Below are positions 26,213 through 38,144 of a stretch of 64,000 nt of DNA, piece after piece (the first letter of the stretch is position 1; the number at the start of each line of letters is the position of its first letter). Origin of the DNA: Chiloscyllium plagiosum. Taxonomy: Eukaryota. The DNA lies in the NCBI RefSeq assembly GCF_004010195.1, contig NC_057744.1, positions 23,817,401 through 23,881,400 of the forward strand. The letters are read 5' to 3'. The notes beneath the pieces were generated by a model, which saw only the letters and a program-made list of their open reading frames with translations, was not told the DNA's origin and did no database searches. The position numbers were made by a program, and so were the translations under genes.

Positions 26213-26999
26213 TGTAATGATGTTGAAGGCATGTACTTCACCTTTTAAGAGAGAAAGAATGCTGTTCTGAACTGAGAGATTACAAGCACCTGTGTATATG
26301 ACTAGATGGCAATCTTGAGAGTGTACTGGAAATTTGAAAATATGTAACATTTGGCTGTTAAATGGATACCTGAGTTTTGTTTCCCATTTTGGACAATTCA
26401 TATTGAACCAAATAGTTTACATTATGCCCCAGGATACTAAAACCCAATCGTGTTTGAATTTATTGATTTTGTCAACATCAGACCAATGAGACAACCTGAT
26501 ATTTGGAATATAAAATTGAAGACATTTTGAAAATTGGAGAGAGAAACTGTCATTGAGAGAGACCCAAGAAATCAGGAAACACTCTCTAAGATAGATACCT
26601 TTTCATATGAAACATATTCAGAGTAAATAGAAAAAAGATGACCCAGGGAATTCAGCAGACAGAAAAAGTGAAGTCACAGAAGATGACAGCGGTTGTGTGG
26701 TTTTGATATTACATTGAAATGAAACTGATGTAATTTAAATCAGTGTCATATTGGAACAGCACGTTACTGTAGAATTGGAGGTAGGTAATTAAGTAGTTAA
26801 GAGAAAGGGGGGCTTAGAATTGTGAATAGTTGTTATTTAATATTCACTTTTAGAGTTAAAAAATAAATTGATGTTATTTTCTTTAAATAGTGGAATTTCG
26901 GAGTTCTGTGTCCCTCATGTTTTAACAGATTACAAGGTGAGCTGAGCTTTTCTGGGTGTTTGGTTAAGTAACAAAGGGGTTCACTACTGTCTCGTAGCA
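26213..26999 (+). repeat. 3' LTR
   Basis: Starts TGTAATGATGTTGAAGGC immediately after the PPT, ends CGTAGCA. Confidence 0.9.
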
Positions 27000-28917
27000 A
27001 CATGAAGTCATCTGTTTCGGTAGGAATGACAGTAAAAAGGACTATTATTTGAATGGTAAAAAATTACAGCATGCTGCTATGCAGAAGGACCTGGATGTCC
27101 TTGCACATGAATCACAGAAGGTTGGTCTGCAGGTATAACAGGTAATTAAGAAGGCAAATGGAATTTTGTCCTTCATTGATAAAGGGATTGAGTTTAAAAA
27201 CAGGGAGGCCATGTTGCAGCTGTATAGTGTGCTGGTGAGGCCACACCTGGAGTATTGCTTGTAGTTTTGGTCTCCTCACTTGAGAAAGAATGTACTGACA
27301 CTAGAGCGGGTACAGAAGAGGTTCACTAGGTTGATTCTGGAGTTGAGGGGGTTTTCTTATGAGGAGAAACTGAGTAGACTGGGATTAGATTCATTGGAAT
27401 TGAGAAGAATGAGGGAAGGATCTTATAGAAATATATAAAATTAAGAAGGGAATTGATAACATGGATGTAGGGAGGATGTTTCCACTGACAGATGAAATGA
27501 GGACAAGAGAGCATAGCCTCAAAATTAGAGAGTCTGAACTGAAAAGTATCTTGCTCACTCAGTGAGTTTTGAATCTATGGAATTCTCTGCCCAGTAAAGT
27601 AATTGAGGCTTCTTCAGTAAATGCTTTTAAAGCTAAGATAAATACTTCTTAAACAATAAAGGAATTAAGGGTTATGGAGAAAAGGTAGGTAAGTGGAGCT
27701 GAGGCCACAAAAAGATCATCCATGATTGTACTGAATGACTGAGCAGGCTCGAAGAGCCAGGTGGCCTACTCATGCTCCTAGTTCTTATGTTATGTTCTTA
27801 TGTTCTAAGTAGTTGATGCCAAAACATTGAATATATTGAAGCAGCAGCCAGACATAGCACTTTGGGCAAATGGGATCAAAGGTTATGGGGAGAAAGCAGG
27901 ATTACGCTATTGAGTTGGATGATCAGCCATGATAGTGATGAATGGCTCAAAGGGCTGAATGGCTTCCTTCTGCTCCTAGGTTCTATGTTTCTATGACATG
28001 CCTATGGTTGCAACTGGTTGATTTGCGAGTTTTTTAATTAAATAGAGAAACCTGATCAGTGTGCTCTGTCAACTCAAGCTCAATCAACCAGGAAATTTGG
28101 AGATTTTATGCAATTTGATTCAATCTTTAACTGTTGTGATAATTCTTGGAGTCAGGGTGCTCAAATAGTTGCCAGAGCATCCATAGGTAGGGCATGTCTG
28201 ATGCAAATGGTCAGTTGGGTGCCATGATGATGCAAAGAGACAGGCAAGTTGGAGGACAGGGACTGCATGTAGTCACCGCCCATTGCTTCACTTACTTCTC
28301 ACATAATTTCCCAATATTGCTCAGCATAGCTGACATCGTCAGACCCCTCTAAGATCCATCCCTCTGTCTCTCAAAATATTCTCTAAAACTTGCTGGAAAA
28401 CAACATTCATTGTTCTGAAGTACGCATTTAAAACCTCACTCAACTTGAGGATTCAATATATTTGACAAAATTTAGCTATTGTTTACAAATGCATTTTTTT
28501 CAAAAGAAGAAAAGCATTTTGTTTTCATCACACATAATCAAAATCTCATGCAGTACTAACAGTCGAGATATTAAACATCAGCAAATTATTCTGAATTTAA
28601 TCACTAGCAGTAAACTTAGCAAATAATGATGAGCATTCTATGAAGATTATTGAAAATTATGACCAGATAAAAAGGAAAGATAAAACTAATACGAAAGAAT
28701 GCTGGAGACAGTACAAATCTAAAATAAAAATACACATTGTATTCTCCAATCTAGCAGCCATGGGACCAAGCCTTTGTCAAACCATAGAATTTGCCAAAAG
28801 ATGAAAATTCACATATACTCAATCCACAAAATCTTCAAAACTGAAGACCACATCTGTCTAATGGGTGAATGGTTTTGCAATTGGTCCCAAAAAAACACAG
28901 GGTTGAGAGTATCCAAA

Positions 28918-29065
28918 CCAACAACAACTGGTGAAACTCTGCAGGTCTGGCAGCATCTGTGGACAGAAAGCAGAGTTAACATTTTGAGTCCAGTGACCCA
29001 TTTTCAGAACTGAAGTTTCACACCTGCTGCAGGCCTGCTGAGTTTCTCCAGCAATTTATTTTTCT
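28918..29065. mobile_element. Fold-back PLE-terminus derivative
   Basis: CTGGTGAAACTCTGCAGGTCTGGCAGCA ... TGCTGCAGGCCTGCTGAGTTTCTCCAG inverted arms. Confidence 0.7.
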
Positions 29066-29728
29066 TAGCGACCTGAACTGGACAAAGTGTGATAAAATAT
29101 AATATGAACAAAGTTAAACGTGGAGTTGCTGCCTGTCAGGGCAGAGAAAACTGGAAATGCACACACAGAGTGTCAGGTTTTGGAGGGCAGTTATGGGTTG
29201 ACTCTATTGCTGTGAATCTGGCGTCACATGCGAGTCAGGCCAGGTAAAGGACAGCAGATTGGCCTTCAGTGATTTTGTTTTTTGTATGACAGTCAACAGC
29301 ATTTACATGGTCATCATTAGGCCAGTTTTTAATTCCAGCATTTTGTAAAATTGATTGTAACCTACCATGATGTTTTTCAAACCATGTCACCAGGATATTA
29401 GCCAGGGGTTTCAGATGACTAGCATATTGACATTCCCTAGAAACCAATGTGATGTTTCAGCTGTTGAAATTCAGACCAATAACATTGAATTGATACTTTC
29501 TCCAAGTGTTGAGTACAGGAGGTCTTGCCTTACAAATATCCGACTTACAAACTTTTGTATTTACGAACGCGATCGCACAGAGAGGTGTAACTTTAAATAT
29601 CCAATATACAAATATTTCCTGTGCTTACAAACAGCTGCTTCATATTGTCCTACATTGTATTAAATCAATACAAATCAATTCAGGAATGGAACCCGTTTGC
29701 AACCCAGCAGTTGCTTGTCAAAAGTTAC

Positions 29729-29781
29729 CTATATCTGTACCCTAAGAATAACGACCGAGCAAGTGTAAGGTGTAATGCCAT
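29729..29781 (-). CDS. Candidate first coding (leader) exon
   Basis: Strong Kozak GCCACTATGG, MALHLTLARSLFLGYRY, donor TAG|GTAACT (phase 2, so another small exon would be needed before the V exon); locally CpG-retaining sequence. Confidence 0.25.
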
Positions 29782-30490
29782 AGTGGCAGATCACATGGCA
29801 CTGGGACGCGAGTCTACATGATACCAGAGTTTCCCCCTCTTCCCAGCCACATAATCATGTTCAATAAAACCTGTTAATGATCACTCACCCGAATACAGAC
29901 CCCCCCAGATCTTACTACACCAGCAAGGTTGTTTGCCAATTATTTCACCAATCTCTATATTATTGCTTTAAATAGAAAGCAAATTCTATCTCAATGAAAC
30001 TGTGCTGCATGATTATTTTTCATAACGTTATAATAGCTGATTTGATCGAAGTGCTATGTTATTTTAAAGTGAGGTCACAACTGTGATAGCTCAATGAGAT
30101 AGAGCAAACCGTGAAGTTTTATTCAATCCAACTTCTTTGTCACTGACTGAAATGCACTGCACCCACAACAGGTTCAGAAATGATTTTACAAGCCAAATGT
30201 TACCTGGAGAGGTCTTGCTATTTTACAATTGGAATCACATTCTTTGGGTATCTCAAGTTAAGCCATTGCTCCATTCAAAGGCAATTACTGTGGCTGATCA
30301 AGCAAAATAACATGCAAATAAAATATCACAAACAGAAAAGACTAAGTGATCCATCCTGGTCGTGCGGTTGAGGGATGACAAGTTGAAGGCTACCCTTTTT
30401 GACAAGTCAGCACCTTTCAGGTCTGCACTGACACATGGCCCTAGATTATGTACACAAATTCATGGATGGTAACACTCCAGTTAGGAAAGG

Positions 30491-30584
30491 TTCCTGATGA
30501 AGGGCTTTTGCCCGAAACGTCGATTTTACTGCTCCTCGGATGTTGCCTGACCTGCTGTGCTTTTCCAGCACCACTCTAATCTAG
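30491..30584 (+). mobile_element. Solo PLE terminus with intact minimal hammerhead core
   Basis: 17-bp TSD ACTCCAGT(T/G)AGGAAAGG at 30474-30490 and 30585-30601; homologous to the terminus of the 11.2-13.0 kb Neptune element. Confidence 0.9.
30494..30521 (+). ncRNA. Minimal type I hammerhead ribozyme motif
   Basis: CTGATGA-A-GGGC(TTTT)GCCC-GAAA-C-GTC; all core nucleotides present, palindromic ACGT stem III, very short stem I. Confidence 0.75.
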
Positions 30585-31195
30585 ACTCCAGTGAGGAAAG
30601 GGCCTGACTCAAGAAATTCACAGTGACTGGCAATGCCATCCTCACCCTGCTTTGCTGTAACTTAGTGACACAAAGTGACAGTGTTACCACCTGTGCCAAT
30701 CTGACACCACAGCTGTGTTTGTGAAAAGTTGAATTTTTGAATTGGTTCCACATTTCACATCAAACCTTAAGCTGGAATTGTGGCACAAGTAAAGATTTAG
30801 CAAGAATTCAGGCTTTGAATTTTTTTTTACAGGTATGGTAATATAAGTGGGTGTGCATTTTAGAAGGCAGGAAAATAAATTTCATCTGGAAACGCATGTA
30901 ACGCATGTAACTCTGAAGTTAAAACAATTTTTCGAGTACGACACCTTAAAGTAGTAATTATTGACTCATCATGATACGTCATCAGCTCAATACTTACTCT
31001 CAGTATTTCCTTTCAGCCCGATTGTTGAGAAAATCACAATATGGATGATAGCAGCAACTGTAGCCATGGCTGCAGATTAAGTGGTAAAAGCTGTAAAGCA
31101 AGAGCACATTTTAATGGTAAACAAAGAGATTAATACATTCATTCTGTATTTCACTGTACCAGTGATGAAGGTGCAGTACTCACTGTCTATCTTAC

Positions 31196-31406
31196 CGAAA
31201 AATGCCCAAGTCATTTTCCAAGAGTATTTTTGCTCCAAGCTGGTATCTTATTGAATATTGTGACCGTTAATAGGCCCTCTGTGCAGTCTGGGAACTGGAT
31301 AAGGAATTGCAAGGCTCTTCAGTCAATCAGATTGAAGAGTGCTCACTGTGACAGGGAGGACTAGATTGCATTCCCTTCTTGTGCTGAGATCAGAGACAGG
31401 CCAGAG
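31196..31406 (-). other. Candidate 5' exon (UTR plus possible MTWAFF start)
   Basis: Acceptor GTGACTGTTTTCAG|, donor TTTCG|GTAAGA; ATG at 31214 gives 6 codons +1 nt (phase 1, compatible with the V exon). Confidence 0.25.
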
Positions 31407-32774
31407 CTGAAAACAGTCACAACAACCTCCTTGCTGTTCCTGGCTCCATCTCACTGCTGATCTTTTTTGCGGCACATAGACAAACAGGCTCATAATCCAT
31501 GCTCCAATTTTCCACAAGTAGAAATTACTGTAAAAGACTAAGTGAACCATTCTGGTATTGCTGGTTGAGGGATGAGGAGTTGAAGCCAGAATTTCTGACA
31601 AGAAAGTGGCTCTTTCAGGTTAATATAGATGCATGACCCTAGATTGTATACTCAAGTATTACTCCAGGGGGTAATATAAAGATGTTTACAGCAATTGGCA
31701 ACTCTGTCCTCACCTTGTCTTACTGTAACTTTCTGATACAAAATGACAGCATTTTCCCACCAATGTCAACTTGACACCAATACTGCTTCAATGAAAGGGT
31801 GAATTTTTCCACTGGTTCCTCATTTAACATTTGGCTGGAATTGTGACACAATAAAGACATAGCAAAAAATTCAGAGCTCCGAAAGGACAAGCGAAAAAAC
31901 ATAGTGGAATGTTTTAGTGCCTGAAGGGAGGCATTTGATGACAGCCAAGGGGGCTTACGCTTCTGGTGGGTGCAAAGGACTTTCTTATTTGCTTCAGTTT
32001 AAGGAGCTATAGACCACCCAACAAAAAGGTGCCTCCATCACTACCTTGACAGCTGAGTCAGTTTCTAAAATTAAATGATTTAGAAACTGAAGAGAAAGTA
32101 CCTCCAACTTGAAGCACTCTATCAAGTTACCCTATCAAGGTACCTGCTGCTCTTTTTAAGCTGGAAAGCTTCTGATTGGCCCTCCATGTTCAAGAGCCCT
32201 TCTGTATAAGTGGACAGTAAACCTGCACTCTGACTATTAACTAACCATCCCAGGAGTTGAGTCCAGGATGCAAGATCAGTACCATCATCTATTTTCTATG
32301 CCTGGAGGGATACCCTCCAGAATTTCAAAACCAGTCAATATAAAGCAGGAAGTAGGAATATCAGACTGAAATCAGGCATAGAAGTGAAATAAAAATTTGA
32401 AAGGTCAGATGGAATTCAGAGAGAGAAATAAGAGGGAAACAGAAAATGTAAAATGAAGTTAAATGAAGAAATCAAACACGACACTTGCAAATTAAATTTT
32501 CATAGGGTATTTTCTAGTACCTATCACACCAATAAATTTCCTTCACTCCTTTATATACCATTTCTAATTTTCTCTCGCTCTGGAATATACCCAACCACAT
32601 TTTTGCAGGTCTTTCAGTGGAAAGTGAATTGGAGTCGATTTTTATGATCAGAATAATTATTTAAATTGTATAATTACATTACATTTGAGAATTCATTAGA
32701 ATTGTACAACATTTTAAGATAACTCTGACCAGCTGCGTTTCATAGTTCACAGAAAACTTGCGAGCTAAAAGGGA

Positions 32775-33105
32775 CAACATGATTTCTCAGTGGTCAGCAC
32801 TGCTGCCTCTCGGCAGCAGGGACCCAGATTCATTTCCATTCTTGGGTGATTGTTTCTGTGGAGATTACACATGCTTCCTGTGTCTGCGTGTGTTTCTATT
32901 GGGTGACTCTGGTTTCCTCCCACAGTCTATCAATGTGCAGGTTAGGTGGGTTGGCCATGATACAGTGCCCAAGGATGTGCAGGCTAGCACATGGACTAGC
33001 CATGGAAGCAGGGTGATGAAGTGGGTTTTGGGTGGAATCCTCTTTGGAGGGTCAGTGTGGATTCAATGGGCCAAATGGTCTGCTTCCACATTGTAGGGAT
33101 TCTTT
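32775..33105 (+). mobile_element. HE1-type SINE, diverged
   Basis: CAGTGGTCAGCACTGCTGCCTC head, GGTTTCCTCCCACAGTC core, CACATTGTAGGGATTCT tail. Confidence 0.85.
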
Positions 33106-33107
33106 GA

Positions 33108-35538
33108 AAAGGAAGTGAGGATCTGTAAGAAAAATAGGGTGGTTATGGTCGGGGATTTTAACTTTCCAAATATAGACTGGGATTGCCATAGTGTTAAGGG
33201 TTTAGATGGAGAGGAATTTGTTAAGTGGGTACATGAAATTGTTCTGATTCATTATGTGGATGTACCTACTAGAGAAGGTGCAAAACTTGACCTACATTTG
33301 GGAAACAAGGCAGGGCAGGTGACTGGGTGTCAGTGGGGAGCACTTCGGGGCTAGCGACCGTAGTTCTATTTGTTTTAAAGTAGTGATGGAAAACGATAGA
33401 GCAGATCTAAAAGTTGAAGTTCTAAATTGGAGAAAGGCCAATTTGGACGGTATTAAGAAAGAACTTTCAAAGCTGATTGGGGGCAAATGTTCGCAGGTAA
33501 AGAGATGGTGAGGAAATGGAAAGCCTTCAAAAATGAGATAACGAGAATCCAGAGACAGTATATTCCTGTTAGGGTGAAAGGAAAGGCTGGTAGGTATAGG
33601 AAATGCTGGATGCCGAAAGAAATTGAGGGTCTGGTTAAGAAAAAGAAGGAAGCATATGTCAGGATAGGATAGATCAAATGAATCCTTAGAAGAGTATAAA
33701 GCCAGTAGGAGTGTACTTAGGAGTGAAATCAGGAGGGCAAAAAGGGGACGTGAGATAGCTTTGACAAATAGGTTTAAGGAGAATGCAAAGGGTTTTTACA
33801 AATATATTAAGGACAAAAGGTAACTAGGGAGAGAATAGGGCCCCTCAAAGATCAGCAAGGCAGCCTTTGTGTGAAGCCGCAGGAGATGGGGAAGATATTA
33901 AACAAGTATTTTGCATCAGTACTTACTGTGGAAAAGGACATGGAAGATATAGAACGTAGGGAAATAGATGGTGACATTCTGAAAAATGTCCATATTATAG
34001 AGGAGGAAGTGCTGGATGTCTTGAAACGCATAAAAGTGGATAAATCCCCAGGACCTGATCAGGTGTACCCTAGAACTCTGTGGGAAGTGATTGCTGGGCC
34101 TTTTGCTGAGATATTTGTATCATCGATTGTCACAGGTGAGGTGCCCGGAAGACTGGAGGTTGGCTAACGTAATGCCACTGTTTAAGAAAAGGTGGCAAGG
34201 ACAAACCAGGGAACTATAGACCAGTGAACCTGACAATGGTGCTGGGCAAGTTGTTGGAGGGAATCCCGACGGATAGGATGTACAAGTATTTTGAAAGGCA
34301 AGGACTGATTAGGGATAGTCAACATGGCTTTGTGCGTGGGAAATGATGTCTCACAAATTGATTGAGTTTTTTGAAGAAGTAACAAAGAGGATTGATGAGG
34401 GCAGAGCAGTAGACGTGATCTATGTGGACTTCAGTAAGGCATTCGACAAGGCTCCCATGGAAGACTGATGAGCAAGGTTAGATCTCATGGAATACAGGGA
34501 GAACTAGCCATTCAGATACAGAACTGGCTCAAAGGTAGAAGACAGAGGGTGGTGGTGGAGGGTTGTTTTTCAGACAGGAGGCCTGTGACCAGTAGAGTGC
34601 CACAAGGATCGGTGCTGGGTCCACTCCTTTTCGTCATTTATATAAATGATTTGGAGATGAGCTTAAGAGGTATAGTTAATAAGTTTGCAGATGACACCAA
34701 AATTGGAGGTGTAGTGGACAGTGAAGAGGGTTACCTCGCATTACAATAGGATCTTGATCAGATGCGACTATGGGCTGAGAAGTGGCAGATGGCCTTAATT
34801 TAGATAAATGCGAGGTGCTGCATTTTGGGAAAGCAAACTTTAGTAGGACTTACACACTTAATGGTAAGGTCTGAGGGAGTGTTGCCAAACAAAGAGACCT
34901 TGGAGGGCAGGTTCATAGTCCCGTGAAAGCAGAGTCACAGGTAGATAGGATAGTGAAAACTGCATTTGCTATGCTTTCCAGAAGTTGGGAGGTCATGTTG
35001 TGACTGTACAGAACATTGGTTAGGCCACTGTTGGAATACTGCGTGCAATTATGGTCTCCTTCCTATTGGAAAGATGTTCTGAAACTTGAAAGGGTTCAGA
35101 AAAGACTTACAAGGATTTTGCCAGGGTTGGAGGATTTGAGCTATAGAGAGAGGTTAAATAGTCTAGGGCTGTTTTCCTTGGAGTGTCAGAGGCTGAGGGG
35201 TGACCTTACAGAGGTTTACAAAATCTTGAGGGGCATGGGGTGGGTGAGTCCAGAACTAGAGGGCATAGGTTTAGGGTGAGAGGGGAAAGATATAAAAGAG
35301 ACTTAAGGGGCAATATTTTCATGGAGAGGGTGGTGCATGTATGGAATGAGCTGCCAGAGGAAGTGGTGGAGGCTAGTACAATTGCAACATGGAAAAGGCA
35401 TCTGCTTGGGTGTATGAATAGGAAGGGTTTGGAGGGATATGGGCCGGGTACTGACAGGTGGGACCAGATTGGGTTTGGATATGGACGGGTTGGATCGAAG
35501 GGACTGTTTCTGTACTATACATCTCTGTGACTCTATGA
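33108..35538 (+). mobile_element. CR1/HER1-like LINE, 2.4-kb ORF2 remnant
   Basis: VGDFNFPNIDW (endonuclease), KSPGPD, DFSKAFDK, PQGSVLGP, FADDTK; 3' tail TGACTCTATGA. Confidence 0.96.
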
Positions 35539-36614
35539 TTGCTGGATCCAGTTAATCTATTTTATTCTCTTATCTAATTCCCAATGGTTGAACAACTGTA
35601 ACCTTCCTACACCTTCTCCATCTCCTTTCTGACCCATCCAATTGCCAACATTCCCTCTAATGTTCAACGGTATCCCTTCACCACTCCAACTTTTCCTTCT
35701 TTCTCCAAGCTGCTGGTAGTGCAGGGTGGACAGTGTAATTCGAGTTGACAGGCTCTGCACCTTATCCCAAATACATGGCTACCCCCAAGAATGTATAACA
35801 ATATCAGCAGTCCTGAACCATTCTGTCAGCCCACTTTACACTTTATCTGGAGGCAAAACCGATCTGAATTTTGCGCCATCTTCATGATTAAAAGTTGACT
35901 GGAGACAGAGAGCCCCTAACATTTATTTTTAATTTTTAAAAATCAAAGTCAGGAGCAGGTGCGACTGGCAGCTGGGCCTCCTGGCTCAGAGATCAGGTTT
36001 CTACCATAACGTCACCAAAAGTCAAGATTCTATTGCATTCAAAATCTATTTTACAAAAGCTTTTGTCTGGTTCAACAGCCACCAGTGACAAGAATCCCAG
36101 GAATATCAAATAAAAACAAGTAAAACCATACAAACCCAGAACGTCACTCCAGCCAGCTGCTACTTTAGATATAAAGATATTACAAAGCACACAATAACTA
36201 TGTGGATAATGGATAGCAAACGAAGCATAACATTTACAGGCAAATAAATATTGCCTAAGGCAACAACCATGTACAAATTACAAGAATCTCTTTCAGTTAG
36301 TGCAGGAAGACAAAGAGTTGGCGTCAGTGGGAATAAATAAATTAGCTCAGGAAAAGGCTGGTTAGCTCAGGAAATCAAACTCAAAAGTCATGCCCTGTGA
36401 AGGACATATAGTAAAAGTCAAAAGAATGAGGCAAATCTAAGTTACAGATCATAAATGGGATCCTTAAGCTGTTCAGCCAGAAAGAATGGAACATTTATCG
36501 GTTCAAAATAACGAAACAAACTTCAAATTTTGTCATTTACAAGTTACACAACTTGTGGTGCAGCCTTCACATGAAACTAAGAATCACTTTGTAACTTAAA
36601 CACCTTCTTTAAAC

Positions 36615-36890
36615 AAAAAAACAGAAATTGCTGAAAAAGCTTAGCATATCTGGCCGTATCTGTAAAGAGATGTCAGAGTTAATGCCTCAGGTCCAGTGAC
36701 CTCTCCTCAGAACTAATGTTAGCTTGGAAAATATGGGCTGACATTTTTCTAGGAAGGGTTCTGAGGAAGGGTTACAGGACCCAAAACATTAGCACTGATT
36801 TCTCTTTACAAATGCTGCCAGACCTGTTGAGCTTTTCCAGCAATTTCTGTTTTTGCTTCTGATTGACAGCATCTGCAGTTCTTTTGGCTT
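36615..36890. mobile_element. Fold-back PLE-terminus derivative with decayed hammerhead
   Basis: AAAAACAGAAATTGCTGAAAAAGCT ... AGCTTTTCCAGCAATTTCTGTTTTT; CTGAGGA-AGGGT...ACCC-AAAA in the right arm. Confidence 0.78.
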
Positions 36891-37148
36891 TTATTCATTT
36901 TTTTAAAAAACTGGCAAAAAACAACACGCCACATATCTTGAAGGCTGTAAATAGGGTTTCATAAAATACTTAAAATAAACAGAGCTCATGGCAGTTACGT
37001 GACTTGTGGGTAATCTAGACTACATCATCCAATTTTATACACAAGTCATGTTGGTGTGATTGTTCTCTTAATCTTCCGTCAACATAGCATATGATTTGCA
37101 ACCATTTAGGCTGAGAATCAACAGATGTTCAGGAAACCGCTTACTCAC

Positions 37149-37331
37149 GGGAATATCTTCAGCTGGACTTTATGTCACGAATAAATTAGCAGGTAACAAG
37201 CGTGTATTCAGTTTGTTGTCAGACCTAATTGTAGCGGGTGAAATTAATCGATAAAGTGGTGCAGTTCATGATCAATATTCTGTTTCATTTCCAACTTTCC
37301 CCGAATGAGCTCCAGATGGCATCAGGAACAT
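37149..37331 (-). other. Candidate non-coding 5' exon
   Basis: Strong donor CCC|GTGAGTAA; possible acceptor TTTATTTCTGTAG|; stops in all frames; several CpGs retained in non-repeat sequence. Confidence 0.3.
37282..37302 (-). promoter_or_regulatory. Ets-IRF/ISRE motif next to a kappaB-like half site
   Basis: Minus strand GGGGAAAGTTGGAAATGAAAC; GGAAnnGAAA matches the EICE/ISRE consensus, about 130 nt upstream of the donor at 37149. Confidence 0.4.
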
Positions 37332-37933
37332 CTACAGAAATAAAGTTGGATGAATTGTTATTATTCTTTGACCTAACGTAATTCTTCTTTGGCACAAGAA
37401 TCCTTTTGAGTCTCTAAGTTGTACTCTCCTGGTGCCCCAAATGCATGGACATATAGACTTATTCAAGTAAGAGATGCCTTTGGTTTACTTGGATTGAGTG
37501 AAACTCCAATGTTTGTTTCCCCAGTACTTACAGAACTGAACTGTATTTGTGACTATGTGTTTGTATGTACATATAGATATATTATATACCTGTAAAGGTA
37601 TTTTCAAGAATAAAGTATATTTTTGAAAATAAAGAAAATCCAAATAAAATGTCCTGGAATTTTGCTAGTATATTTAATTTACAAGTTAAATCTAAAACAT
37701 GTACAACATTCTGCCCATTTTGCTAATGTCAATTTGCATCCAAGAACTCCCCCAACAATTTTATTTAATTACTTGTGCACTGAATGCACATCTTAGATTT
37801 CTTTCTCAACTACTTTACTTCTTCGGACCTGTGATTAACAAAGTGGTTTTCACAGTAACACAGTACCACAGGAGGAAGCTCTGTCACTTAATGGATTCAA
37901 AATTGATAAGGTGGAAGAGTTGGATAGTCAGTG

Positions 37934-38095
37934 AGTGGTTAGAGTGGTTAGTGATGCTGGAAAAGCATAACAGTTCACGTAGTATCCGAGGAGCAGGAAA
38001 ATTGACGTCTTGGGCAAAAACTCTTCATCAGGAATTGCCTCCACCACTCTAATCTTGACTCTAATCTCCAGCATCTGCAGTACCCACTTCTGCCC
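37934..38095. mobile_element. PLE-terminus derivative
   Basis: GCTGGAAAAGCA...GACGTCTTGGGCAAAAACTCTTCATCAGG then the forward tail CTCCAGCATCTGCAGT. Confidence 0.75.
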
Positions 38096-38144
38096 TGTCA
38101 GTGGCGAGAATTGACAAAATGCCAGGACTGAATGAGATGCATCT

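Larger units (their letters stand above)
21109..26999 (+). mobile_element. Gmr1-clade Gypsy LTR retrotransposon, degenerate, both LTRs present
   Basis: LTRs 21109-21987 and 26213-26999 (TG...CA); degenerate tRNA-Pro-like PBS after the 5' LTR; PPT GGGGGAGGGAGGAGA at 26198-26212; integrase (HxxxxGGHLG, DVSTRFPEAIPL, SDQ, ERWHQTLK; about 23250-24550) lies before RT (YLDDVVIFS, about 25250) and RNase H (about 25600-26030); many stops and frameshifts. Confidence 0.92.
20630..27995 (+). mobile_element. CR1 LINE split by the Gypsy element (20630-21108 and 27000-27810), plus a second 3' end to 27995
   Basis: FADDMK...WAKVWQM before the 5' LTR resumes as EVI...LVRPHLEYC after the 3' LTR; (TTATG)n tail. 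Confidence 0.88.

Noticed and set aside
30891-30911. AACGCATGT tandem duplication
   Set aside because: Simple two-copy slippage with no further structure.
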